From: Myxococcota bacterium
GTDB taxonomy: Bacteria > Myxococcota_A > UBA796 > SXON01
Length of the DNA: 64,000 bases
Direction of reading: 5' to 3'
Assembly (NCBI GenBank): GCA_040386535.1
Contig: JAZKFH010000013.1
Location: 32,001-96,000, forward strand
Shown here piece by piece: positions 7,963 through 17,254 of this stretch (positions within the stretch are counted from its first letter, which is position 1; the number at the start of each line of letters is the position of its first letter). The position numbers were made by a program, and so were the translations under genes. The notes beneath the pieces are model-generated. The model was not told the origin of the DNA. It did no database searches and saw only the letters and a program-made list of their open reading frames with translations.

Positions 7963-9014
7963 TGGCCGACGGTCCCAAGCTCGTGTCGATCCCCAAGGTG
8001 CGCATCCCGATGGGGCTGGGCGGCCCGCTCCGGTGGGTGCTGATCGCGGCGGGCGCGCTCGTCCTGCTGCTCATCCTCTCGAGCACGTTCACGCTCTACG
8101 TGAAGCCGCACGAGCTCGCCGTCCGCCAGGTGCTGTTCGGGCCCGACCAGGGCATCGAGAAGGCGGTGTACGGCCCCGGCCTGCACGTCGTGGTGCCCGG
8201 CTACGAGAAGTACCACGTGTTCCCACGCAACATGCAGATCCTCGAGTTCAACGACGAGGTGATGCAGGCCAGCGCGGAGTCCACGCAGGCGCCGAGCATC
8301 AACATCCAGACCTCCGAGGGCTACCGCGTCGTCGTCGACGTGACGATCGCCTACCGCATCGTCGATCCGTACGAGGTCCTCACGCGGGTCGGTCCCGGCC
8401 GCCTCTACGAGACCTCCCTGGTGCGCCCGCGGGCGGATCCGGTGCTCCGCCAGAAGCTCGGCGAGCTCGGCGCCGAGCAGTTCTACGAGGGCGCGTTGCG
8501 ACGCCAGAAGGCGCTCGAGGTGCGCGACATCCTCGGCAAGGAGCTCGAAGGGTCGGGCATCCAGGTGTGGAGCGTCATGGTGCGGCACTACCGCTACGAC
8601 GAGCGCTACCAGGAGGCGATCGAGCAGCGCAAGATCCAGGACCAGATGGTCTTCAAGAACCGCGCCGAGGCCGCCGCCGCCGTCGAGGAGGCCGAGAAGA
8701 ACCGGGTCCTCGCGGAGGGGCGCGCCATCGTCGACGTGGAGACCGAGCGCGGCATGGCCGAGGTGGTCAAGATCCGCGCCGACTACGAGCTCTACTCCCG
8801 CAAGCGCGGCGCCGAGGGGGATCTGCTGGTCGAGCTGGCCCGCGCCGAGGCCAAGCGCCTCGAGAACGACGCGCTCTCCGCCGCCGGCGCGTCCAACGTG
8901 GTCGGGCTCAAGATGGCCGACGCGCTCATCAACACCCAGGTCATCATCGTCCCGACGGACGGTGCGAGCGGCGTGAACCCGCTCGACCTCGACCGCTTGA
9001 TCCAGGGGTGGTGA
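7962..9014 (+). CDS. SPFH/band-7 domain protein
   Basis: N-terminal TM, GPGLH, IQTSEGYRVVVDVTIAYRI, Ala/Glu-rich coiled coil. Confidence 0.88.
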   Translation: MADGPKLVSIPKVRIPMGLGGPLRWVLIAAGALVLLLILSSTFTLYVKPHELAVRQVLFGPDQGIEKAVYGPGLHVVVPGYEKYHVFPRNMQILEFNDEVMQASAESTQAPSINIQTSEGYRVVVDVTIAYRIVDPYEVLTRVGPGRLYETSLVRPRADPVLRQKLGELGAEQFYEGALRRQKALEVRDILGKELEGSGIQVWSVMVRHYRYDERYQEAIEQRKIQDQMVFKNRAEAAAAVEEAEKNRVLAEGRAIVDVETERGMAEVVKIRADYELYSRKRGAEGDLLVELARAEAKRLENDALSAAGASNVVGLKMADALINTQVIIVPTDGASGVNPLDLDRLIQGW

Positions 9015-9016
9015 GC

Positions 9017-10039
9017 ATGCGCTCTCTCTTCGCCGCCGTCCTCGCCCTCGCCCTGCCCGGCTGCCTCCCCCACGACACCGGCTCCACCGAGGTCGGCATC
9101 CGCACCGCCAAGGTCGGCTTCATCGAGCCCGCCGGCGTGGTGAAGGACGTGTACCCCTCCGGCGGCACGTTCTTCTTCGCGCCGTTCATCAACGACTGGC
9201 ACGTGTTCGACATCCGCCTGCAGAACCTCGCGATGACCCGCCACGCGGCGGGCTCCGGCTCGGGGGACGACTCCCTCCACTTCAAGACGCACGACGGCAA
9301 CGACATCTCCGTCGATGTCACCGTCGCCTGGCACATCGATCCCGCCAAGGTCGTCTACATCCTCCAGTTCATCGGCCCGGACAACCAGGCGGTCGAGCAG
9401 CAGCTGGTCCGCCCCGTGGCCCGCACCGTCCTGCGCGATCTCCTGAACGAGCTGCGCTCCGAGCAGTACTACGACGCGTCGATCCGCTTCGCGAAGGCCG
9501 AGCTCGCGCGCCAGGCGTGCAACCACTACCTCGGGCCCGAGGGCGTCATCGTCGACCAGGTGCTGCTCGGCGAGCACAAGTTCAACCCCGCCTACGAGCA
9601 GGTCATCAAGGACAAGACGGTCGCCGAGCAGGAGGCCGCGCGGCTGCGTTCGGAGAGCGAGGCCGCGCGCGAGCAGCGGCGGCGCGAGCTCGAGGTCGCC
9701 AAGGGTGAGGTCAGCATGACCATCGAGCAGGCCCGCGGCGAGGCCACCAAGCGCCAGCTGACTGCCGATGCGACCTACTTCGCCAAGCAGCGCGAGGCCG
9801 AGGCCATGCTCGCCGAGGCGCGCGCGAAGGCAGAGGGCCTCAAGGCCCAGGCCAAGGCGATGTCGGGCACCGGCGGCCGCAACATGGTGAAGCTCCAGGT
9901 CGCCGAGGCCCTCAAGGGCAAGCCCATCGTGTTCATGCCGGCCGGTGGCGGGTCCGACCTTCGCACCACCAACATGAACCAGCTGCTCGAACACTTCGGC
10001 GCCCTCGCGGTCGCGGGCAAGGACGTGCCGGTCCCGTGA
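9017..10039 (+). CDS. Second SPFH/band-7 protein, probable lipoprotein
   Basis: MRSLFAAVLALALPGC lipobox-like start; FKTHDGNDISVDVTVAWHID; coiled coil. Confidence 0.88.
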   Translation: MRSLFAAVLALALPGCLPHDTGSTEVGIRTAKVGFIEPAGVVKDVYPSGGTFFFAPFINDWHVFDIRLQNLAMTRHAAGSGSGDDSLHFKTHDGNDISVDVTVAWHIDPAKVVYILQFIGPDNQAVEQQLVRPVARTVLRDLLNELRSEQYYDASIRFAKAELARQACNHYLGPEGVIVDQVLLGEHKFNPAYEQVIKDKTVAEQEAARLRSESEAAREQRRRELEVAKGEVSMTIEQARGEATKRQLTADATYFAKQREAEAMLAEARAKAEGLKAQAKAMSGTGGRNMVKLQVAEALKGKPIVFMPAGGGSDLRTTNMNQLLEHFGALAVAGKDVPVP

Positions 10040-10509
10040 GCCGCCCGCCGCCCGCGCGCTGGCTGTTCTCCGATCGCGGCGCCGCCGTGCGCATCGCGGT
10101 CGCGCTGGCCCTGATCGCGGCGCTGGGCGGCTACTACGCGTGGTGGGCGCTGCAGGCCGAGAGCGGCTGGCGCTGGGCGATGGAGGCCCCCGCCGCGCGC
10201 GACGGCGCCCCGATGGTCTTCCCGCTGTGGACCGTCACCGCCATCACCGGCCCCGATCGCTACGAGATCTCCAAGGTGGTCCAGGGCGTCCCGCTAGTCG
10301 GCCCCGCGGAGGACCTCGTGGTGGGCGACACCGTTTCCGTGCTTGGACACTTCGATGCATCCGGGCCCGCCGTCCGTGTCGAGGTGCGCGAGCATCATGT
10401 GCTGCGCAAGTACAAGGAAGCGCTGGGTATCTTCGGCTTCGTGATGGTGTTCCTCGCGGCCCCCTTCGCGTTCCGCATCGAGGGGCGGCGGCTGGTGCAG
10501 CGTGGCTGA
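10036..10509 (+). CDS. Hypothetical membrane protein with possible OB-fold between two TM helices
   Basis: GTGA overlap; LVVGDTVSVLGHF beta-rich core. Confidence 0.7.
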   Translation: MSRPPPARWLFSDRGAAVRIAVALALIAALGGYYAWWALQAESGWRWAMEAPAARDGAPMVFPLWTVTAITGPDRYEISKVVQGVPLVGPAEDLVVGDTVSVLGHFDASGPAVRVEVREHHVLRKYKEALGIFGFVMVFLAAPFAFRIEGRRLVQRG

Positions 10510-11095
10510 TCTCGTCACCCACACGTGCGTGGCCGTACTCGCGAAGGTGCTCCCTGGCCGCCCGAACGTCGCCCTCTTCGTGCTCGGCACGTGCCTGCCC
10601 GATCTGCTCGCCCGCGTCCCCAGCATGGGCCTGACCTGGCTGCGGTGGTCGGTGCCCGCGATTCCGGAGTGGCTGATCCACGTCTGGGTGCCGTTCCACA
10701 TGCCGGTCGGCATGCTCCTGTCCTCATTCGTGCTGGCGTTCCTCTTCCCCGAGAGAGGCCGCGGCGTCGTCTTTTCGAACCTGCTCGGCGGCGCGATCCT
10801 GCACCTCGCCGTCGATGTGCTCCAGCGCCACCTCGGTGTAGGCTACCTGCTGTTCTTCCCGTTCTCGTGGTGGGACTTCGAGCTCGGCTGGATCGGCAGC
10901 GAGGACACCGTCCGCATCGTGCCGGTACTCGTGCCGCTGACGATGGCGGCCGTCGTGTGGCGGCGGCGTCGTGATCGGGGTTTACGCTCTTGGGGCGGGG
11001 GGAGCCCCCCGCAACGCCCCCCGAGGCACGCAGCGCTGAACCCTGACGAGAGGGGAGGGGAGCCCCGTGATTCACGAGGCTCCCCCACGCACTAG
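10502..11095 (+). CDS. Membrane metal-dependent hydrolase-like protein (YdjM-like)
   Basis: THT…LPDL…FH…HLAVD…LFFPFS pattern; hydrophobic. Confidence 0.7.
   Translation: MADLVTHTCVAVLAKVLPGRPNVALFVLGTCLPDLLARVPSMGLTWLRWSVPAIPEWLIHVWVPFHMPVGMLLSSFVLAFLFPERGRGVVFSNLLGGAILHLAVDVLQRHLGVGYLLFFPFSWWDFELGWIGSEDTVRIVPVLVPLTMAAVVWRRRRDRGLRSWGGGSPPQRPPRHAALNPDERGGEPRDSRGSPTH
10989..11024 (+). repeat. REP-like repeat, family A, copy 1
   Basis: CTTGGGGCGGGGGGAGCCCCCCGCAACGCCCCCCGA; related copies at 19351, 41415, 41690. Confidence 0.75.
11057..11085. terminator. Hairpin at a convergent gene junction
   Basis: GGGGAGCC-C-CGTGA-T-TCACG-A-GGCTCCCC. Confidence 0.45.
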
Positions 11096-11535
11096 AACGG
11101 GATCTGCTCCTCCACGTCCTCCGCCTGCTCCGGCGTGATCGGCACCGCCCTGGCGGAACCCGCCGAGGCCGCGTGCATCGCGCCCTCGTTGCTCGACGCG
11201 CCCCGGTGCTTGCCGTTGAGCCAGAGCACGCGGTCGATCACCAGATCGATCTCGTGGTGGACCACGTTGTCCTTGTCGGTCCACTTGCGCGGGCGGATCG
11301 CGCACTCGACCGCGAGCACGTCACCCTTGCGGGCGTAGGTGGCGATGAAGTCGGCCGTCTTGTCCCAGCCGGTCAGGCGGTGCCAGTCCGGCGTCTCCAC
11401 CCACTCGTCGCCGACCTTGCGCGCGTTGGGGGTGGCGAGGGACACCTTCACGAGCACCTTGCCGTTGGCGGTGGTGCGCAGCTCGGGGTCCTGGCCGATA
11501 TTGCCGATGAGATACGCCTTGTTGAGACCCTTCAT
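11092..11535 (-). CDS. ssb: Single-stranded DNA-binding protein
   Basis: LNKAYLIGNIGQDPELR…DWHR; acidic C-terminal EEQIPF tail. Confidence 0.93.
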   Translation of the reverse strand: MKGLNKAYLIGNIGQDPELRTTANGKVLVKVSLATPNARKVGDEWVETPDWHRLTGWDKTADFIATYARKGDVLAVECAIRPRKWTDKDNVVHHEIDLVIDRVLWLNGKHRGASSNEGAMHAASAGSARAVPITPEQAEDVEEQIPF

Positions 11536-11752
11536 GATTGACTCCTTGAATGCGCCCGGGTTGTGTTGTCGGTGCGCGTCGGGGCCCTGTGCATGCGGTG
11601 TGCCGTCGTGATTTCAAGCACTTGTGTGTCGCGACCTGTCGGTTGACCGACAGGGGGTGACGGACGTCGGTCAGTCCGAGGCCGTCAAGGGGGGGCCCCA
11701 GAGGCCATCGTGATTTCTCCGCGCGTGCTACCTTCCCGCCGCGGAGCGAAGC

Positions 11753-12421
11753 GTGTCGCGACTGGTCGTCATCGAAGGCCTCATCGGCGTCGGCAAGACC
11801 ACCTTGTGCCGCATCCTCGAGCGGGAATGGGGTGCACGGCTCGTCTTGGAGCCGGCGGACGACAATCCGTTCCTCGCCCAGTTCTACGGCGATCCGGAGC
11901 GCTTCGCGCTCCCGGCCCAGCTGTTCTACCTCGCGAGCCGCTACCAGCAGCAGCAGGGCATCCGCCAGGCGGACCTGTTCGCGCCGTTCACCGTGTGCGA
12001 CTACCTCTACGCGAAGGACCGTCTGTTCGCCGAGATGACGTTGGACGGCCACGAGCTGGCCCTCTACAACACCTTCGCCGGCATCCTGCCCGAGCCGCCG
12101 CCGCGCCCCGATCTCGTGGTGTTCCTCGACGCGGACACCGAGGTCATCCGGAGCCGCATCCTGCGCCGGGGCATCCCCGCCGAGCAGGTCATCCCCGCGC
12201 GCTACCTCAACGACCTGCGCGATCGCTACTACCAGCTGTGGGACAGCTACGATCAGGCGCCCATCCACGTGATCCGCACGGACACGGTGGATTATGTGTC
12301 CGATCCCGCCGCACGCGAGCGCATCGTCCAGATGATCTGGGGATGGCTCGCGGGGCAACCCGTCCCCGACGCGCCGCCGCGGTACCACGGCTCGGCGCAG
12401 ACCTCCCTGTTCGGAGTCTGA
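11753..12421 (+). CDS. Deoxynucleoside kinase
   Basis: VIEGLIGVGKTT P-loop, NPFLAQFY, QLFYLASRY, PDLVVFLDA. Confidence 0.9.
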   Translation: MSRLVVIEGLIGVGKTTLCRILEREWGARLVLEPADDNPFLAQFYGDPERFALPAQLFYLASRYQQQQGIRQADLFAPFTVCDYLYAKDRLFAEMTLDGHELALYNTFAGILPEPPPRPDLVVFLDADTEVIRSRILRRGIPAEQVIPARYLNDLRDRYYQLWDSYDQAPIHVIRTDTVDYVSDPAARERIVQMIWGWLAGQPVPDAPPRYHGSAQTSLFGV

Positions 12422-13258
12422 TTGGCCAGAATCACCGCGCCCGAGATCCTCAAGAAGAAGGTCAACGGCGAGAAGATCGCGATGGTGACCGCCTACGACG
12501 CCGCGCAGGCGCGCCTCGTCGACGCGGGCGGCGCCGACATGGTGCTCGTGGGGGACAGCCTCGGCATGGTGGTCCAGGGCCAGTCCGACACCCTCGGCGT
12601 CAGCCTGCGGGACATGTGCTACCACGGGCGTTGCGTGGCCGCGGGCCTCACGCGCGCGCACCTCTCGGTCGATCTGCCGTTCATGAGCTACCAGGTGAGC
12701 GTCGCCCAGGCGATGCGCAGCGCCGGGCGGCTCGTGCGCGAGGGCAAGGCCCAGTCGGTCAAGCTCGAAGGCGGCGTGCGGTCCGCGCCCGCCATCCGCG
12801 CCATCGTCGAGGCCGGCATCCCCGTCGTGGGCCACGTGGGGCTCACCCCCCAGTCGGTGCACGCCATGGGCGGCTTCAAGGTGCAGGGCCGCGAGTCGGA
12901 CGCCGCCGAGCGTATCCTGGCGGACGCCGTGGCCGTCCAGGAGGCCGGCGCCTTCTGCGTCGTGCTCGAGATGGTGCCGGCGGAGCTCGCCGCGCGCATC
13001 ACGGCCACGCTCTCCATCCCCACGATCGGCATCGGCGCGGGCGGGGGTTGTGGCGGCCAGGTGCTCGTCTACAACGACGTGTTGGGGATGGACACCCGGT
13101 TCAAGCCGCGCTTCGTCAAGCGTTACGCGGATCTCGAGGGCGTCGTGCGCGACGCCGTGGCCGCCTACGTCGCCGAGGTCAAGTCCGGGGCGTTCCCTGG
13201 GCCCGAGCACACGTTCGCCCAGGACACGGGCCGCCTCGACACGACTCGGCTGTACTAG
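12422..13258 (+). CDS. panB: 3-methyl-2-oxobutanoate hydroxymethyltransferase
   Basis: MVTAYDA, LVGDSLGMV, VKLEGG, GHVGLTPQSVH, PTIGIGAG. Confidence 0.97.
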   Translation: MARITAPEILKKKVNGEKIAMVTAYDAAQARLVDAGGADMVLVGDSLGMVVQGQSDTLGVSLRDMCYHGRCVAAGLTRAHLSVDLPFMSYQVSVAQAMRSAGRLVREGKAQSVKLEGGVRSAPAIRAIVEAGIPVVGHVGLTPQSVHAMGGFKVQGRESDAAERILADAVAVQEAGAFCVVLEMVPAELAARITATLSIPTIGIGAGGGCGGQVLVYNDVLGMDTRFKPRFVKRYADLEGVVRDAVAAYVAEVKSGAFPGPEHTFAQDTGRLDTTRLY

Positions 13259-13270
13259 GGGAGGGGATTG

Positions 13271-14089
13271 ATGCGCATCGTCCGTTCGGTCGACGAGATG
13301 CACGACCTCGCGCTCTCCTGGCGCCGCCAGGGCCGCGAGGTCGGCTTCGTCCCCACCATGGGGTACCTGCACCGCGGCCACACCACGCTCATCGAGCTGA
13401 TGCGGGCGCGGAGCGAGGTGCTCGTCGTGAGCATCTACGTCAACCCGCTACAATTCGGCCCCACCGAGGATCTGACGCGCTACCCGCGGGACCCGGAGGG
13501 GGACGCCGCGAAGTGTGAGGCCGCCGGCTGTGACGTGTTGTTCATGCCGGAGAATCTGTATCCGTCGGACTTCCGCACGACCGTGAGCGTGCGTGACATC
13601 ACGACGCGGTGGGAGGGCGCGCTCCGACCCACACACTTCGACGGCGTCGCCACCGTGGTGTGCCGCCTCTTCGGGCTCGTGCAGCCCACGGCCGCGATGT
13701 TCGGGGAGAAGGACTACCAGCAGTACACGGTGCTCCGCTCCATGGCGCGGGACCTCGCGATGGGCATCGAGATCGTGCCCGGGCCGCTCGTGCGTGATGA
13801 CGACGGCCTCGCGCTCTCTTCGCGCAACGTCTACCTGTCCGCCGATCAGCGCGCGCGTGCTCTCTCGCTCCACCGCGCCCTGTTCCAGATGTGCCGCATG
13901 ACGGATCGCTCCGCCGCCGCGCGCATCGCCGCGGGGCTCGCCGTCATCGACTCCGACGGCGTCGACTACCTCGCCATCGTCGACCCCGACTCGCTCGAGC
14001 CGGTCGACACCATCGACCGCCCGCTTCGCGCCATCCTCGTCGCGCGCTACGGCTCGGTGCGGCTGCTCGACAACGTCGCGATCGGATGA
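13271..14089 (+). CDS. panC: Pantoate--beta-alanine ligase
   Basis: GFVPTMGYLHRGH, SIYVNPLQFGP, FGEKDYQQ, GLALSSRN, RLLDN. Confidence 0.97.
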   Translation: MRIVRSVDEMHDLALSWRRQGREVGFVPTMGYLHRGHTTLIELMRARSEVLVVSIYVNPLQFGPTEDLTRYPRDPEGDAAKCEAAGCDVLFMPENLYPSDFRTTVSVRDITTRWEGALRPTHFDGVATVVCRLFGLVQPTAAMFGEKDYQQYTVLRSMARDLAMGIEIVPGPLVRDDDGLALSSRNVYLSADQRARALSLHRALFQMCRMTDRSAAARIAAGLAVIDSDGVDYLAIVDPDSLEPVDTIDRPLRAILVARYGSVRLLDNVAIG

Positions 14090-14448
14090 GCGGTTTTCCC
14101 TGGGAGGTGTTCGTCCTGGGGCTCGTCCTCGGGATCAACCGCCTCGGCACCCCGGCCACCTACCAGCGCCCGGTGGCCTTCTGGGGCATCCAGGTGATGA
14201 ACCTGGCGCTCGCGGTGCCGGTCGCCGTCCGCGGCATCTCGGGCACCCAACAGTTCCCGGCGCTCGGCTGGCTCATCGCCGGGCTGCTGGTGTTCCACGT
14301 GCTCCAGAACATCTCGCTCCGGACGGTGGCGCTGCGGCGGATCCGGCAGGAAGAGCAGGCGCGCGAGCAGCAGCGCAAGCTGCGCGCCCTCGACGCCACG
14401 ACGAGCGCCACCGCGGACGACGCCCCCCGCGAGGCCCCGCCCGAGTAG
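14086..14448 (+). CDS. Small hypothetical membrane protein
   Basis: ATGA overlap with panC; three hydrophobic segments. Confidence 0.7.
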   Translation: MSGFPWEVFVLGLVLGINRLGTPATYQRPVAFWGIQVMNLALAVPVAVRGISGTQQFPALGWLIAGLLVFHVLQNISLRTVALRRIRQEEQAREQQRKLRALDATTSATADDAPREAPPE

Positions 14449-14470
14449 CTCCCCCGAGTGGCTCCGGACC

Positions 14471-15715
14471 CTACTTGGCCGCGGCCGCGTGGACGATCTC
14501 GAGGATCTCCCGCTCTTCGAGCACGCGGTTGCCGGCCTTGGCCTTGGTCCGCACGGCGCCGATGAGCTCGGGCGTGACGGGGAAGCCGCGGCTGCGGAGC
14601 CAGTAGGCGATGTTGCTGTCCCCGGCCATGTGCCCGACCTCGATCTCCTGGCGGCGGCCGAACCAGCTCGCGGGCACGCCGGAGTAGACGCGGTCGGCGA
14701 GCCAGTCGGCGCCCTTGTCGAGCGCCTTGATGACGGCGGCCGCGTGCACGCCGGTGCCGGTGCGGAACGCGTCTTTCCCGAACACCGGGTAGCTCACGGG
14801 GATCGGCACGTCGCACGACGAGGAGCACAGGTCGACCAGCTCGCCGAGGGCGGACAGGTCCCCGTCGTGATGGCCGAGCAGCTTCATGTTGACGAGCAGC
14901 AGATCGAGCGGCGTGTTGCCGACACGCTCGCCGACCCCCAGGACACAGCCGTGCACGCGGTCAGCGCCGGCCTCGATGGCGGTCAACGCGTTCCCGAGGC
15001 CGAAGCCGCGGTCGTTGTGGCCGTGCCAGTCGATGCGCGTGTTGGTGCCGAGCCCGCGGATCAGGTTCTTGGTGAAGTGGATGAGGTTGAACACGCCGTT
15101 GGGGGTGGCGTGGCCCACGGTGTCACACACGGCGAGGCCGTCGGCGCCCTCTTCGATCGCGGCGGTGAACAGGCGGCGGAGCGTGCTCGGCCGGGACCGC
15201 GTGGTGTCCTCGGTGACGAACGTGCACGGGAGGCCGGCCTGCTTGGCCATGCGCACCGCGTTGCGCGTGCGCTTCTCGAGCAGATCCTCGTCCCAGCCCT
15301 CGGCGTACAGCCGGATCGGGGAGGCGCCCAGGAACGCCATCACCTCGATGGGGATGCCCACCTTCTGCGAGATGGCGATGATCGGCGCGATGTCGTTCTC
15401 GTGGGTACGTGCCGCGCACGCCGCCTCGATGTTCAGCTTCTCGTCGCGGATCATCTCGGCGAGCACGGTGGAGTCGGCCACCGCGCGCGGGCCCGCGCCG
15501 GGGAGGCCGATGTCCGTGTGGTGCACGCCCACCTTCGCGAGGAGGCGGATCATCTGCGCCTTGGCCTCGACCGGGGGGTCGGTCACGGAGGGGCACTGGA
15601 TGCCGTCCCGGAACGTCTCGTCGAAGTAGCGCACGGCGCGCATCGGGGGCGACGTGGCGTCTCCCAGCACGTTCCAGTCGTGGATGACGTTGGACTCGTC
15701 GATCGAACCGCTCAT
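14471..15715 (-). CDS. LeuA-family (DRE-TIM) synthase lacking the C-terminal regulatory domain
   Basis: FDETFRDGIQ, CDTVGHATP, WHGHNDRG, GVGERVGN; 414 aa. Confidence 0.88.
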   Translation of the reverse strand: MSGSIDESNVIHDWNVLGDATSPPMRAVRYFDETFRDGIQCPSVTDPPVEAKAQMIRLLAKVGVHHTDIGLPGAGPRAVADSTVLAEMIRDEKLNIEAACAARTHENDIAPIIAISQKVGIPIEVMAFLGASPIRLYAEGWDEDLLEKRTRNAVRMAKQAGLPCTFVTEDTTRSRPSTLRRLFTAAIEEGADGLAVCDTVGHATPNGVFNLIHFTKNLIRGLGTNTRIDWHGHNDRGFGLGNALTAIEAGADRVHGCVLGVGERVGNTPLDLLLVNMKLLGHHDGDLSALGELVDLCSSSCDVPIPVSYPVFGKDAFRTGTGVHAAAVIKALDKGADWLADRVYSGVPASWFGRRQEIEVGHMAGDSNIAYWLRSRGFPVTPELIGAVRTKAKAGNRVLEEREILEIVHAAAAK

Positions 15716-15821
15716 AGGGCCTCCGCGTCGCCACCTTAACGTAGCGCTGGTCTTGGCGACCGGTTGCGGAGGTCGCGATCGTCTCGGGCGTCGCCATGCG
15801 TCGCGTCGCGCACGGGCCGAC

Positions 15822-15899
15822 GCCGAGAACCGCGGTCGGGGCCCCCGCTGGTTCCCCCCCAAGGGGGCCCCCCAGCGGACCCGTCCGCACGGCGTCGAC
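15822..15899 (+). repeat. Palindromic repeat, family B, copy 1
   Basis: GCCGAGAACCGCGGTCGGGGCCCCCGCTGGTTCCCCCCCAAGGGGGCCCCCCAGCGGACCCGTCCGCACGGCG; related to 17255-17327 (reverse) and 41480-41558. Confidence 0.75.
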
Positions 15900-16030
15900 C
15901 CGCGCGCGCCGCTAGCGGTGTTGCCGGCGCGGGACGGGCGGGCTCCGCTACGTCGCCACGAGCGGGCCACGCCAGGCGGCGGCGGGGAGGCCCACGACAA
16001 GCCCCGGAGAGGCGGGGAGGGGGAGGGGGC

Positions 16031-17056
16031 TTAGAGCAGCGAGCAGGGCACCGACGTGAAGACGAAGGCCACGGAGAGCGCGTCGTTCACGCCGTCGGCG
16101 TTGCTGTCGATGTCGGCGATGCGCTCGACGATCTCGCGGGAGTAGCCGCTCTCTTCGGCGATGGGGACCATGGTCTCGACCGAGATGGCGAAGCCCATCA
16201 CGCCGTGGTTCTCGCTCGCGTTGGCGACGCCCTCGACCACCACGCCCGTCACACTCTCGAGCGTGAAGCCACCGACCTCGATCGAGGCCGACGGGATCGT
16301 GACGCTGTACGAGCCGTCCGCGATCACGGCCGCCGCGCTCATGGTGGCGTAGCCGGCGGTGTCCACGTCTGCGCCCGGGTCGAAGGACTCGCTGCCGGAG
16401 GCGTTGTCGGTGAGGTCCCCGTCGGTGTCGTCCGCGGTGACGAGCCCGCCGTAGATGTCGTCATTGCACCAGTCGTCCACGTCCCAGAACTGGAGCACGA
16501 TCACGGTCGTGGAGGAGCCGAGCGTCTCGGCGAGGCTCGTGTCGAGCGCCGACTTCGCGAACGACAACACGTTGTCTACGGTGCCGTCCCCATCGAGGTC
16601 CACACCCTCACTCGACGTCCCGACCACGATGCTGTCGACCACCCACGTGGCCTCGCTCGGCCCCGCCGGATCGCAGCTCGCCGACGTGTCGGTGTCGGTG
16701 TCCGCGTCCGTATCGGCGTCGGTGTCCGCGTCCGTATCGGCGTCGGTGTCCGCATCCGTATCCGTATCCGCGTCCGTATCCGCGTCCGCGTCCGTGTCGG
16801 CGTCCGTGTCGGCGTCCGTGTCCGCATCGGTGTCAGAGTCCGTATCCGCGTCGGTGTCCGAGTCCGTGTCGGTGTCCGTGTCGGCATCGGCCCCGCTGTC
16901 GGTGTCGGTGTCGGTGTCGGTGTCCCCGGTGTCCGCGGTGTCGACGAGCCCGGTGTCCACGAGCGAAGGATCCTTGTCCTCCCCGGCGCCATAGTTGGAG
17001 GAGCAACCGGCAAGCGCGGCGAGGGCGACAACGGACACGAGCACGAAGCGGGACAT
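16031..17056 (-). CDS. Lipoprotein with long Asp-Thr/Ala/Ser dipeptide repeat
   Basis: Signal peptide with LAGC lipobox; long D-x run; globular C-terminus with DLDGDGTVDN and DSNADGVND Ca-binding-like loops. Confidence 0.88.
   Translation of the reverse strand: MSRFVLVSVVALAALAGCSSNYGAGEDKDPSLVDTGLVDTADTGDTDTDTDTDSGADADTDTDTDSDTDADTDSDTDADTDADTDADTDADADTDADTDTDADTDADTDADTDADTDADTDTDTSASCDPAGPSEATWVVDSIVVGTSSEGVDLDGDGTVDNVLSFAKSALDTSLAETLGSSTTVIVLQFWDVDDWCNDDIYGGLVTADDTDGDLTDNASGSESFDPGADVDTAGYATMSAAAVIADGSYSVTIPSASIEVGGFTLESVTGVVVEGVANASENHGVMGFAISVETMVPIAEESGYSREIVERIADIDSNADGVNDALSVAFVFTSVPCSLL
16686..16924 (-). repeat. Coding hexanucleotide repeat (D-T/D-A/D-S)n
   Basis: GAC-ACC/GAC-GCG/GAT-ACG type units. 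Confidence 0.9.
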
Positions 17057-17254
17057 GGAGTCTCCTGTTCAGCCCGGCCTCTACAGCAAACCACCCCCCG
17101 CTGTCAACACGCCGCCCCCGCAAAAGCAACGTTCGCCCGCAAAGCGGGCGAACGGCGCTCCCATCCTCCCCTCCGAAACTGCGGTGGCGTGCAGGCTCCG
17201 CCCGTGACGCTTAACGCTCACTTCGCCAACCGCCCGCGCCGCGGAGGGGGGAGC

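Noticed and set aside
16686..16924. Tandem repeats that could be mistaken for a CRISPR array
   Set aside because: They are 6-bp coding units with no unique spacers, and no cas genes are present.
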